Assembly: GCA_029261875.1 (NCBI GenBank)
Contig: JAJDAL010000033.1
Span: 143,830 to 207,829, forward strand
Source: Deltaproteobacteria bacterium
Lineage (GTDB): Bacteria > Myxococcota_A > UBA9160 > JAJDAL01
DNA length: 64,000 bases
Direction: 5' to 3'
This document shows, piece after piece, positions 30,492 to 40,118 of the stretch; within the stretch, counting starts at the first letter, position 1; the number at the start of each line of letters is the position of its first letter. The notes beneath the pieces are model-generated. The model was not told the origin of the DNA. It saw only the letters and a list, made by a program, of their open reading frames with translations, and searched no databases. A program made the translations under genes and the position numbers.

Positions 30492-33400
30492 CTAGTAGAC
30501 TTCGCGAACGAAGACGCGTTTCTTGCTGCCTTTGAAGATTCCATAGGTGTATTGGAATTCAGGATTTTCAGGACCATTCTCGTTCCAATCGGATTGCAAC
30601 CAACATGCGAACTGGTCGACGGGAAAGGTCTCAGTCCACGTCCCTGTATTGTCCTTACCCTGTGCGTCGTATCGAAAGCGCCACTGATCCCCGTTGAGAT
30701 CCACCATCTCCAGTGCCGGGTCCTTGGCGGTATCTCCGTGTACCCGTTGAGGCCCGCCGCCATGCGCCAAGAAGGGGACGATCTTCTCGAAACCATCCTC
30801 CGAGTACGGGCGGCGGATCTTGCCATCATAGTCTGGATCCGATTGAAGAATCTCGTCCGAAGTTACTCCAACCAATCCGTTCAATTGAGCCGCCACACAG
30901 GTCTGTCCAGCAGGGTCTTTCACCCAGGCCGCGCTCGAACCGTACATCCTCATGAATTCCACCTGCATGGGTACGTCGAGGTCCTCTAATTCGGATCCGT
31001 AGGCGTTCGGAATATTCAACCGACCGACGCGGAAGTTCCCGAGTGCGATCTGCGGCGCCGTTTCGAGCGGCGCCCGATGCGCGTCATCTTCCTCTTCTTC
31101 GACGATCTCACTCAGATAAAAGCGCGCCGCAGTCTCCCCCATCTTCTCCATGTCCCACATTTGAGTGAATTTCAATTTCACTTCACCGGGGTTGTGGTTG
31201 TCGAAGTCGTGATCGATACCGCTCTCGTCTACGTAGTCGACCATCGGTTCTTGAGCCAAGCTCATGGGGTCGCATTCACCTGCAACGTATTTGGGAGCCG
31301 GACTGAAAGGGATCGGCGTCACGAACGGACTCAGCGTGGGCCCTGTGTTCACAACAGTCAGTTGGTCCGGATGATTCGTGTCATCTACCGATACTGGATT
31401 CCATTTCGCGAAATCTCCGCGGTAGTTTTCGGTTGTTCCACCAAATACATTCTTTGCCTGGATCGTTAGCTCGACTTGGAAGGGCTGCCGCGAATACGTA
31501 AAACCCGTGCCTTCGGAACATCCAGGGGTTACCGGCGTGGTATTCGCGACTTCGAAATGATGCGGTGAGAAACGTCCGATCGGATCCGACGGCCGCAAAT
31601 TCGCGACGCCGACCCCGGTTCCCAGGTATCCTTTCCCCGCCTCGCAGTTTCCAGCGAGGTCACAGGTATCGATTTGAGCAGTGATTCTCAGAATCCCCAC
31701 TTCATCCCAAGTGATGATCGCTCCAGCAGCCCCATCGGAAGGGCTGGCGTCGTCGAAGTCGAGCGTCTCGATTGGATCCCCGTCTTCGTTGGTGGGCTTG
31801 AGGATGACTCCTAGTTCGTCTTTTCCGTGATCGATATTTCCCGACGAACCACCAGTCGGCTTGAATGCGCTCGGGTAGAGACTTCCCAAGGAGACCGTAA
31901 TCGGGTCCCCAAGAGGGGCCGCGTTCGGATCTGCGGGGCGATGTTCCCGACCGAAGTTGCTGGCGGGTATCGGCGACTCGGACGCCGCGGCGTCGCCCGC
32001 GGTCATCGCCGTCACGCGGATCTGGAAGGGCTCTCCTGCGTGCGCCCACCAGTCGTCGTCGGCATCGTCCATATTTGTCGGAACCGGGGTGCCATCATCG
32101 TACCGTCCGACTTGATCGATTCGGAAGTGGTCCGGAGCAAACACGAGATCGTGGCCCAGGGCGCCGATGGGTCCGAGATGAAGGCCGGAGTCGCCCCACT
32201 CCTTGAACGCGGTATCCCACAGGATCCCGATTTCGGGGTCGATGATGTGTGCGAGCAAGATGCTCACGCGACCCACATCGCGATACTTGATCCCGGTGAT
32301 CTCGGTTTGGCCCTGATCGAAAGTCAGGACCATGGGGGCGAAGGTCGTCGAGATCGAGAATTTCCCATTCACCGTATCGACTTCGACCTTCTTCGGGACT
32401 TCCGGTGCCCCCGGGTTGTTGTAAACCATCACGGTTTGGATTTGTTTCGTACCGTCGAAGGATTCGATGATTCCACACTCTTCACTGCCGGGCATTTTCC
32501 CGTACGCGGTCATCCACAAGCTATGCGGTGCGCCCGCCGTAAGCGGACTGATCTTCAGGTCCCCGTTCGCGGCTTCGATCTCGGCGGCACTGGGCTTGTC
32601 GTGAGATGCGACGAATCCCCAGGGAAAGAACTTGATCGCGCCTTCGGAATTGTCGTCTCGAATCGTGGGGTTGAATTCGTCCCATACGTCGACCACGACT
32701 TTGGCATCGCCCGCCTCGTAGTTGAGTTGGAACTCGACCTCGCCTTCATCCAATGGGCTCCAGGTGTACACACCCGTACGGGGGTCGCTTTCGTCGGGAT
32801 CCCAGGTTCCATGGCCGTTGGACGTCCAACTCATGACGCTTCCCGCTTCGCCGTTGTGGGGCGACGCCGTGATGCGCGTGGTTCCCTCGTAGATTTTGTT
32901 GACACCTCCATCGGTCAGGCGCGCGGTGACGGTGACGGGTTCGGGTACACAGCTCACCCCGATCTTTCCAAGGGTGATGTTGAATCCTTCCTGATAGGGA
33001 GGCATGTAGACCGCATCCATGATCGGTTGACGGTTGAACAGGATGTGGGCGTCGAGAATCTTCCGTGCCCCGAGGGGTCCGAGGCCATCCACAACCTTCG
33101 TCGGGTCTGGGTTGTACTCGATCAAGTCACCTTTTCGGAAATAGCGCCTTCCGAGCGAGACCAATCCGTCGCCGGTCGTCGAAGCCGACCGGGTGGAAAG
33201 GATGTAGTTCCCGTTGTACTTCATGTGGAATGCGTTGATGTCTTCCTTCCGTCGGAACGTCGGCGGTGACCCATCGAAGAGAATCTCCGCTTCACCCGCC
33301 TCGAGATTTCCGCGCTTTTCGGCCGCGCAGCCGCGCCACGCGCGACAGCCGTTGTATTCGATGACGTCCTCGCGATTGAACAGTTCGTTCGTCGATTTTC

Positions 33401-34964
33401 CCACGCGGTAATAGATGTTGTTTCGAATCGAAATCAGCAGGGTTTGGTTGTCCGGATGCACGGACACGAGATTGACACCGATATTTCCCACGCTCTGGCC
33501 CGCGATGGGAGACCAATCCCAATCGTTGACCAGGTAGACACCCTCGCCGGGCGGAATCGGGTCGCCCCAGAGCGAAGTCTTCGTGATGCTCGTCGGGTTC
33601 CATTCGACGACGTGATGGCGCTGAATCTTTGCCGACGGATCGGGCCACACCGGATAGCCGGGCCCGAGCGTGAGCTGCTCTCCATCCTTGCCCATGGTGA
33701 AGATCCACGTTCCCTCACCCCGGCGATAGTGAATTCCGTCGAGGTCGCGCTTTCTGTCGAAGGGCAACCCGGTCTCTTCACCCAGGACCTGCCCCGGCAG
33801 CGGGGAATAGGCTTCGGGAATGACGGGATCGTAGTCGACGAGATTCGAATCCTTCAAGTCGATGGTCGTCGTCGCCGTGGTGAGAACGTCGTTGCCGCCG
33901 TTGGTCGAGAAGAAGATATGACGTCCTTGAGGATCTGCGGGGACGGTCGCCGCGATGATGGTCTGCATCTCTTCGGCCTTCAGGGTCGCGTCGAAGAGAA
34001 CGACTTCGTCGAGGTGTCCACAATAGGGGTCCTCGAGGTCGTCGGTGTGGACGGGATCGCCGTCGTCCGGAAACCCGGTGGGGCTGTTTCGTTGACTGGC
34101 CCCGAAGATGAGCGGTTGAATGTTGTCTTGGAGGTTGAAATTCTTCGGGTTGTCGACGACCAGCATCCCGTCGATGATCAATTGCTGCCGGCCACCGAAC
34201 GCGAAGGTGATGTTGTACCAGTAGTCGGGATCGTCGAGGGTGACGGGTTCGATCAGCACCTTCGTGACCGTCCCATCCTCTTCTTCCTCGTCTTCTTCTT
34301 CCGTCGGAAGGTCCGAGCGGAGAATGCACTCGTTGTCGTCATCCGGCCCGGCACAGCCGCCGCCGTGGGGTTCGGTTCGGACCACCACCGCGTTCGTTCC
34401 GGCTTCGATGTAGATCTCGAAATCGCCATCGTTGTAGCCGATGTGATCTTTGGAGATGACGGTTCCATGGGAACCGAGGGTCTTCACCCAGAACGAGATC
34501 GTCCCGTTCGCCAGATCGAATTCCGTCGCCCCGGAGATCGGTGTGTGGGGAACCCGAACGTGCCCCGGTCGCTCGTTGGTGATCTGAGTGGGCGTCTCCG
34601 GCGCGACGACGGGCAGAGCTGGATTGCAATTGTTCTCGAACCAGATGGCCCCGTTCAACGGGTCTTCGATGGCACCGGTGATCCCGTCTTTCCCGGCGTA
34701 GCGAAACTTTCCCTGCTTGATGTAGCGGCCTTCCATGGGGCCGATTTCATCGTTGGTCACCTGACTGATGTTTCCGTCGTCTTCGCGCAGAGTCCAACGC
34801 GAAACCGCATTCCCATTGGCGGTCAATGCGTCGGTGAAGTCGGCGAACGCCGGACGATTCGACGCGGCGAGCACCATCACCACCAAGGCGGCGAGCAAGG
34901 CTCCCTGGAGGGCGCACAAGATGCACGCGAAACGCGGTCGGTTGCGGAAGTTGGGGCAACGCAT
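30492..34964 (-). CDS. very large exported LamG (concanavalin-A-like) domain protein, possibly MshQ-like
   Basis: Start taken as ATG 34964 (GGGAG 9 nt upstream), giving MRCPNFRNRPRFACILCALQGALLAALVVMVLAASNRPAFA; the track ORF extends to 35138. LamG-like block: ANGTISFWVKTLGSHGTVISKDHIGYNDGDFEIYIEAG ... YNITFAFGGRQQLIIDGMLV ... GHLDEVVLFDATLKAEEM. Two acidic runs: TEEEDEEEEDG and VEEEEDD. Confidence 0.7.
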   Translation of the reverse strand: MRCPNFRNRPRFACILCALQGALLAALVVMVLAASNRPAFADFTDALTANGNAVSRWTLREDDGNISQVTNDEIGPMEGRYIKQGKFRYAGKDGITGAIEDPLNGAIWFENNCNPALPVVAPETPTQITNERPGHVRVPHTPISGATEFDLANGTISFWVKTLGSHGTVISKDHIGYNDGDFEIYIEAGTNAVVVRTEPHGGGCAGPDDDNECILRSDLPTEEEDEEEEDGTVTKVLIEPVTLDDPDYWYNITFAFGGRQQLIIDGMLVVDNPKNFNLQDNIQPLIFGASQRNSPTGFPDDGDPVHTDDLEDPYCGHLDEVVLFDATLKAEEMQTIIAATVPADPQGRHIFFSTNGGNDVLTTATTTIDLKDSNLVDYDPVIPEAYSPLPGQVLGEETGLPFDRKRDLDGIHYRRGEGTWIFTMGKDGEQLTLGPGYPVWPDPSAKIQRHHVVEWNPTSITKTSLWGDPIPPGEGVYLVNDWDWSPIAGQSVGNIGVNLVSVHPDNQTLLISIRNNIYYRVGKSTNELFNREDVIEYNGCRAWRGCAAEKRGNLEAGEAEILFDGSPPTFRRKEDINAFHMKYNGNYILSTRSASTTGDGLVSLGRRYFRKGDLIEYNPDPTKVVDGLGPLGARKILDAHILFNRQPIMDAVYMPPYQEGFNITLGKIGVSCVPEPVTVTARLTDGGVNKIYEGTTRITASPHNGEAGSVMSWTSNGHGTWDPDESDPRTGVYTWSPLDEGEVEFQLNYEAGDAKVVVDVWDEFNPTIRDDNSEGAIKFFPWGFVASHDKPSAAEIEAANGDLKISPLTAGAPHSLWMTAYGKMPGSEECGIIESFDGTKQIQTVMVYNNPGAPEVPKKVEVDTVNGKFSISTTFAPMVLTFDQGQTEITGIKYRDVGRVSILLAHIIDPEIGILWDTAFKEWGDSGLHLGPIGALGHDLVFAPDHFRIDQVGRYDDGTPVPTNMDDADDDWWAHAGEPFQIRVTAMTAGDAAASESPIPASNFGREHRPADPNAAPLGDPITVSLGSLYPSAFKPTGGSSGNIDHGKDELGVILKPTNEDGDPIETLDFDDASPSDGAAGAIITWDEVGILRITAQIDTCDLAGNCEAGKGYLGTGVGVANLRPSDPIGRFSPHHFEVANTTPVTPGCSEGTGFTYSRQPFQVELTIQAKNVFGGTTENYRGDFAKWNPVSVDDTNHPDQLTVVNTGPTLSPFVTPIPFSPAPKYVAGECDPMSLAQEPMVDYVDESGIDHDFDNHNPGEVKLKFTQMWDMEKMGETAARFYLSEIVEEEEDDAHRAPLETAPQIALGNFRVGRLNIPNAYGSELEDLDVPMQVEFMRMYGSSAAWVKDPAGQTCVAAQLNGLVGVTSDEILQSDPDYDGKIRRPYSEDGFEKIVPFLAHGGGPQRVHGDTAKDPALEMVDLNGDQWRFRYDAQGKDNTGTWTETFPVDQFACWLQSDWNENGPENPEFQYTYGIFKGSKKRVFVREVY

Positions 34965-35142
34965 GGACGTACTCCCTGCCGCGCCTTCGGGAGAAGGCGA
35001 AAGCCGAGGAAAACATTGGGAAAACCTGTAATTGTGTGATCGACGTCGCGTGGAGACGGCCACAGGGGTGAAACCCTGAGAAGCCCATCGGCAGCGGATC
35101 CGCAAAACCCCGGGCAAGTGCGCACTCGAGATTGGCAAGTAC

Positions 35143-37017
35143 CTATTCGATGTATCCCAATGTCCTCAGGCGCTCTTCGCGGGCACGATCGATGGCGCGG
35201 ATTTCCTCGCCCTTCACGACCGGCTCGAACCCGAAGTAGCGCACCAGGAAGCACTCCCCGGGTTTGGGTTCGAGGCGAACCGCGAAGGATTTTCCCTCCA
35301 CGGTGACGTATCCAGCGGGCTGCGGCTTCGCCTTGAGGTACCGATCGATTTCCCAGGCACCGCTTTCGAGCGATCGTTCGGTTCCCTCCACGTGCAGGTT
35401 CCCATTGCCCAGGGTCGCGGCGGTCAGGCGGTAGGTCCCATTGGGAATCCGAAAGCGCACGTCGATCGGGGGCGCCCCGGGACGCGCCTGTAGGAAGTAT
35501 CCGGAATAGTGATTCGATCGAAGCCAGCCCGGGTCGGCGGGACCCGATTGGCAGTCTGGCTGGGCGGATTGGGGGATCGTGTTTCCGGGACGGAATCGAA
35601 AGTTCTGCGCCGATACCGCGAACGCGGATTCGGGCTGATCGTGGGATACGGACGCTTCGAAGCGGTCGAAATAGAGCCGCATCGCTTCGCGGTAGCGGAC
35701 GAGCAAGTCATCACCGATCTCCGGACGAGCGGTCCAGAGGTTTTGACGTTCTTCGGGATCGGTCTCGAGGTCGTAGAGCGCACCCATCTTCGGATTCCGC
35801 GGCGGCGTCGCGTCGCGTAGAAGCATCGAGTCGCGGCGATGGAAGATGGCTTTGTATCGCTTCCCGCGAATCGCTCCGGACTTGAAGACGAACTCCTTTC
35901 CCGGTTCCTCGCCGCGTATCACCGGTACCAGATTTTTTCCATCCACTGTCCGATCACGCGGCAGTTCCACTCCCAGGAGTGCGACCAGTGTCGGATGCAC
36001 GTCGACGCCCTCGGTCAACCCGCGAACGCGCCCCGGTTCCAGTGTTCCACCGAACCGCAGGATCAAGGGGATGCGGGCGACGGTTTCGAACCAATCTCTT
36101 CCACCGTGTCCGAAGCGACCCGGATCTTCCGCCAAGCGCTCCCCGTGGTCGGAGGTGATGACCAACAACGTCTCTTTTCCGGTAGCAGATGCATCCACAG
36201 CTTCGAACAATCGTCCGAGTTCACGGTCCGTGTAGCGAAGACTTCCGTCGTACAAGGCGTCGAGGTAGCGGCGTTCCGTTTCGTCGAGCGCGCGTTCGCG
36301 CCAATCCCGCGGAACCCCTTTCGCATCGAACCCCTCCACCGGCGGTATCCCGTCGCCAAAGAACGCTTGGGCTTCGGGCCCAAAGGCGTGGGGATAGTGG
36401 GTGTCCATCAGGTGCAGGTAGAGGAAGAAATTGCGCTGGCGGTTTGCCTCGTACCATTCGAGGGTGAAATCGATGGCTTGCGCCGCACTTGGGTACCCGC
36501 GAACACCGAGGGAATACGGGAGTTCGTGCAATTCGTCGAACTCCCGCGCGAATCGGGTGGTCTGGCGCAGCCAGGGATGTGTGGAGATCGCCACCGTATG
36601 CAATCCCGCGCGAGACAAGGCGCGGGGCAGGGAAATCGTTTCGTCGTCCGGGCGCAGAAATAAAACTTTGGGTGCCGTCAGCGGAACATTTCGACTGTGC
36701 GGAAAGATCGGGAGGGTGAAATAGCGGGAAAACAGGAGCGTCGGAAGCGAATCGCGGGTGTCCGTCGCCTGCGCAAAATGATTCTCGAACACGACGCCTT
36801 CGCGCGCAATCCGATCCATGTTCGGTGTCGTCTCGCGCGAATACCCGTAACTGGAGAATCGGTCCGCGCGGGCCGCGTCCAGCAGGATCATGATCACCTG
36901 GCGCTTCGGTCCAGACGCGTCGCCACACGCGGCGATCCACAGACTGAGGGGCAAAATCGCGAAGAGGCCAAGGGCGCCCCCCCGGCACCGGCTCGCGCAA
37001 CGGCCGCGCAACGCCAT
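35143..37017 (-). CDS. sulfatase-like (alkaline-phosphatase superfamily) lipoprotein lacking the C/S-x-P-x-R motif
   Basis: 624 aa. Lipobox LWIAAC. Sulfatase-fold N-terminal pattern VIMILLDAARADRFSSYGYSRETTPNMDRIAREGVVFENHF. Later SDHGE. At the position where CxPxR is expected it reads AQATDTRDSLPTLL. Confidence 0.7.
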   Translation of the reverse strand: MALRGRCASRCRGGALGLFAILPLSLWIAACGDASGPKRQVIMILLDAARADRFSSYGYSRETTPNMDRIAREGVVFENHFAQATDTRDSLPTLLFSRYFTLPIFPHSRNVPLTAPKVLFLRPDDETISLPRALSRAGLHTVAISTHPWLRQTTRFAREFDELHELPYSLGVRGYPSAAQAIDFTLEWYEANRQRNFFLYLHLMDTHYPHAFGPEAQAFFGDGIPPVEGFDAKGVPRDWRERALDETERRYLDALYDGSLRYTDRELGRLFEAVDASATGKETLLVITSDHGERLAEDPGRFGHGGRDWFETVARIPLILRFGGTLEPGRVRGLTEGVDVHPTLVALLGVELPRDRTVDGKNLVPVIRGEEPGKEFVFKSGAIRGKRYKAIFHRRDSMLLRDATPPRNPKMGALYDLETDPEERQNLWTARPEIGDDLLVRYREAMRLYFDRFEASVSHDQPESAFAVSAQNFRFRPGNTIPQSAQPDCQSGPADPGWLRSNHYSGYFLQARPGAPPIDVRFRIPNGTYRLTAATLGNGNLHVEGTERSLESGAWEIDRYLKAKPQPAGYVTVEGKSFAVRLEPKPGECFLVRYFGFEPVVKGEEIRAIDRAREERLRTLGYIE

Positions 37018-38328
37018 CTACCAGCAGATCCCTTCGTAGCCCGCGGGCGTGTCGAGCCGACCTTCCACGCCGACCAGATCGATCACGAATTGGTCCGGGC
37101 GCAAGCTGCGAATCGCCGCCGCAACCGCCGTCGATCGGTGACCGAGCACCAGGAGTTCGGCCTCTTGGAGAAACGGCTCCAGATCGGCGATCAGGAGCGA
37201 CGAGAGATGTGGCACGCGTTCTTCGATGTAACGTCGATTGGCACCGATCAAACGACTCATGGAAACGTCGGGATCGTGAATCGTAACGGCGAATCCCTTG
37301 CCCAAAAGGGTTTCGATGGCTTCCACCAGCGGGCTTTCCCGCAGATCGTCCGTTCCGGCTTTGAAACTCATTCCGAGAAAACCGACACGCGCCGGCCGCA
37401 AGCTCTGGATCCGCCGCACCAACCAGCGGATCTGCTCCTGGTTGCTTTCGGAGATCGCATTCAAGAGCGGCGTCTCGAGATCCAGGTGTTTGGCACGGTA
37501 GGTCAACGCACGCAAATCCTTGGGCAGGCACGAGCCTCCGAACGCAAACCCCGGTTTCAGGTACGCGTCGGAAAGGTTGAGCTTCGTGTCCTGGCAGAAG
37601 ATCGACATCACTTCGTGACCGTCGATCCCCATGGCCTTGGACAGATTCCCCACCTCGTTCGCGAAGGTCACCTTGAGGGCGTGAAACGCGTTGTCGGTGT
37701 ATTTCACCATCTCCGCCGTTCGCAGCGTCGTGCGAATGACCGGGGCCGATATCCCTTCGTACATCGCCAGCACCGCGTCGCCGGCACTGGGCTCGCTTTC
37801 ACCGATTACAATTTTCGGAGGCTGGTGAAAATCCGCGACCGAAGATCCTTCGCGCAGGAATTCGGGGTTGAAACAAACGTCCAGTCCCTGCCCAATCGGT
37901 CTCCCCGAGGCCTCGACAAGGATCGGAATCACGACCTCTTCGGTCGTTCCGGGCAGTACGGTGCTGCGAATCACCACCTGATGGGGGCCCGATTTCGTGC
38001 GGATGGCCTCGCCGATCTCGCGACACACCTTGCGGACGTGGTCGAGATCGAGACTGCCGTTCGCCTCGCTTGGTGTCCCGACACAAACCAGGGACAAATC
38101 GGACTGGTGGACGGCTTCCGTGGCGTCGAGGCTGCCGCGCAGATCACCGCGGGCCTGGGCGTCCCTCACGAGGTCTTCGATCCCCGGCTCCACCAGCAGG
38201 CTCTGGCCCGCGTTCAGGGCATCGACCTTCTGGGGATTGACGTCGACCCCGATCACCGAGTGGCGGTCCGCGAGGCAGGCGGCGCAAACCGTCCCCACGT
38301 AGCCCAGGCCAAATACACTGATTCGCAT
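37018..38328 (-). CDS. algD: GDP-mannose 6-dehydrogenase (AlgD-like nucleotide-sugar dehydrogenase)
   Basis: 436 aa. MRISVFGLGYVGTVCAACLADRHSVIGVDVNPQKVD..., GFAFGGSCLPKDLRALTYRA, SFKAGTDDLRESPLVE and the C-terminal ...YEGICW track my recollection of P. aeruginosa AlgD (same length, same GICW end). The substrate assignment is by similarity only. Confidence 0.82.
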   Translation of the reverse strand: MRISVFGLGYVGTVCAACLADRHSVIGVDVNPQKVDALNAGQSLLVEPGIEDLVRDAQARGDLRGSLDATEAVHQSDLSLVCVGTPSEANGSLDLDHVRKVCREIGEAIRTKSGPHQVVIRSTVLPGTTEEVVIPILVEASGRPIGQGLDVCFNPEFLREGSSVADFHQPPKIVIGESEPSAGDAVLAMYEGISAPVIRTTLRTAEMVKYTDNAFHALKVTFANEVGNLSKAMGIDGHEVMSIFCQDTKLNLSDAYLKPGFAFGGSCLPKDLRALTYRAKHLDLETPLLNAISESNQEQIRWLVRRIQSLRPARVGFLGMSFKAGTDDLRESPLVEAIETLLGKGFAVTIHDPDVSMSRLIGANRRYIEERVPHLSSLLIADLEPFLQEAELLVLGHRSTAVAAAIRSLRPDQFVIDLVGVEGRLDTPAGYEGICW

Positions 38329-38407
38329 GCGGATACCTCGCGCCCCTGGCGTGAATGAAGCCGGACTAGATTATCATCGCTGGCTGAACACGCACTCGAG
38401 GCCGTTC

Positions 38408-39166
38408 TTGATCTACGTCGTTCTCGGCATGCACAAATCGGGCACCACGCTGGTATCCCGGCTGCTCCATCATTCGGGCATCTCCATGGGACCCGGATTC
38501 GATGCCGCGGTCGACTACGAGAAAGGCAACACCTACGAAGATTCGGCCGCCAGCGCGCTCAATCGCGCGCTCCTGGGGATCACCGACACGCGATCGATCG
38601 AAATCGGAATCCCAGATCCCTTGCAGGCCGATCCCATCGCGCAAGAGAAGCTTCGGCGCTTCATCGCATCCCGCCAGACCGCGCACAGCCACTGGGGCTT
38701 CAAGGACCCCCGATCCACACTCACCTACCCGGTTTGGAGGGGCCTGCTCCCCCCCCACCGCGTGGTCGGCATTTTTCGCCCGCCCGAGGAAGTCTGGCCG
38801 CGCTACCGGAGAGGCGGGCTCAAAGGCCCCTGGCTCGACATCGCAATCGCGCGACAATTTCTTCGCAGTTGGTGCGAGCACAACGAACGCTTGATCGGCA
38901 TCGTCCGCGCAAACCCCGCTGCGATCCTGCTCGACTACCGAGCGCTGATGTCGGGCTCGGCGGAGTACGAGCGGCTCGAGCGTTTCCTCTGCGTTCCCCT
39001 TTCGGACCAACGCAAAGCCGTTGCATCGGAGTCGAAGCCGTCCTGGCATCTGACTTTGGCTCGCCCCTTCGCGCGGTCTACCTCCGGGCGTCCTGCGAGT
39101 GCGATTCTGCGGGAACTCGGAGCGATTCGCGGGAGTCAGCTCACGAACCCCGAGCCGCCCGAATGA
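38408..39166 (+). CDS. sulfotransferase family protein
   Basis: PAPS-binding 5'-PSB loop GMHKSGTTLV, and HWGFKDPRSTLTYPVW, typical of bacterial sulfotransferases. Start proposed at TTG 38408 (GAGG 8 nt upstream). The track start, ATG 38327, would overlap the divergent algD start codon and leave no promoter space. Confidence 0.6.
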   Translation: MIYVVLGMHKSGTTLVSRLLHHSGISMGPGFDAAVDYEKGNTYEDSAASALNRALLGITDTRSIEIGIPDPLQADPIAQEKLRRFIASRQTAHSHWGFKDPRSTLTYPVWRGLLPPHRVVGIFRPPEEVWPRYRRGGLKGPWLDIAIARQFLRSWCEHNERLIGIVRANPAAILLDYRALMSGSAEYERLERFLCVPLSDQRKAVASESKPSWHLTLARPFARSTSGRPASAILRELGAIRGSQLTNPEPPE

Positions 39167-40118
39167 TCGTTTCCAATTCGTCGCGCAGATTCGACCATTC
39201 GGCCCGATAGCGCGCCCGTAGACCTTCCATCTCCTCGGCCAGGCGTTCCGATTCGACTTCCAACACTTGCAGCGCTTGCGCAATGCCGCGCTGGGTGTTG
39301 TCTACGTGAAGGGTTCCCGCGCTGAAGAACGAACGCAACAGGGGCGTATCCGAAGTGATCAAGGGTTTCCCCAGGTCAAGCGCCTCGCAGCCACCGCGTT
39401 GCATGGTGTTTTCCTGGGTCGTCAACGCCATGACGGCATCCGCCCCGCGCAACAATCCCAGGTAGCGGGCATCGGGCAAGAAGCCCGTGAGTTCGACGTT
39501 GGGGGGAAGCTGCGCGAGTTCCTGGAGCGTGGATTCCGACGCGTCCCCGGTGATGTGGAATCGGATATGGGGCACGGACTTCGCGGCCCGAAGCAATTCG
39601 CCGAGGGGTTCGTCGGGCGCCCAGGAGGCGATCACCGCAACGTTGCGCGCCCCGGACAACGCGAGGGGCTCACCCGGCGGAAGTCCGACGGGAATGTCGG
39701 GAACCCTCAGTGCAACGCCTCCCCAACTTTCCACCAACCGCGCATGCGCCTCATTCGTGACGAGGGTCGCCGCGGCGGCGCGCGAGAGCCGCGCATGCAA
39801 GGGGAACGACCAGCGCCACACGGGCCCTTGTAGCGCCGTCGTGTGGGAATCGATCAGAAACGTCGCTCCGCGCAGCGCGGAATAGAGGTAGACCGCCAAC
39901 GGCGCGAAGATGGGCGGATTCTGCACGAACACCACCGGGGGTCGGTCCCGCCACAGTCGCCAGAATGTCCGAACCCATTGCGCGCAATAGCGCACTGGCG
40001 TGGGAAGCCGGCGCGAGTTCGCGATCGGGTGCATCTTCAACCCGAACGCTTTCGCGAACAATTGCCCCCGGCGGCTGTAGGAAATCCAGGCGACGAATGC
40101 GCCGCGGAATTCAGCCAC
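39141..40118 (-). CDS. glycosyltransferase (GT-B fold, GT4-like C-terminal half)
   Basis: GTG 40118 overlaps the end of the upstream gene by 8 nt; the track ORF extends to 40274. C-terminal pattern ...ALTTQENTMQRGGCEALDLGKPLITSDTPLLRSFF is the EX7E-type nucleotide-sugar binding region. Confidence 0.6.
   Translation of the reverse strand: MAEFRGAFVAWISYSRRGQLFAKAFGLKMHPIANSRRLPTPVRYCAQWVRTFWRLWRDRPPVVFVQNPPIFAPLAVYLYSALRGATFLIDSHTTALQGPVWRWSFPLHARLSRAAAATLVTNEAHARLVESWGGVALRVPDIPVGLPPGEPLALSGARNVAVIASWAPDEPLGELLRAAKSVPHIRFHITGDASESTLQELAQLPPNVELTGFLPDARYLGLLRGADAVMALTTQENTMQRGGCEALDLGKPLITSDTPLLRSFFSAGTLHVDNTQRGIAQALQVLEVESERLAEEMEGLRARYRAEWSNLRDELETIIRAARGS

Noticed and set aside
34965-35138. 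N-terminal extension of the LamG protein to the track start at 35138
   Set aside because: The extension (MPISSAHLPGVLRIRCRW...) precedes a canonical RBS + ATG + signal peptide at 34964 and has no features. The shorter start is preferred.
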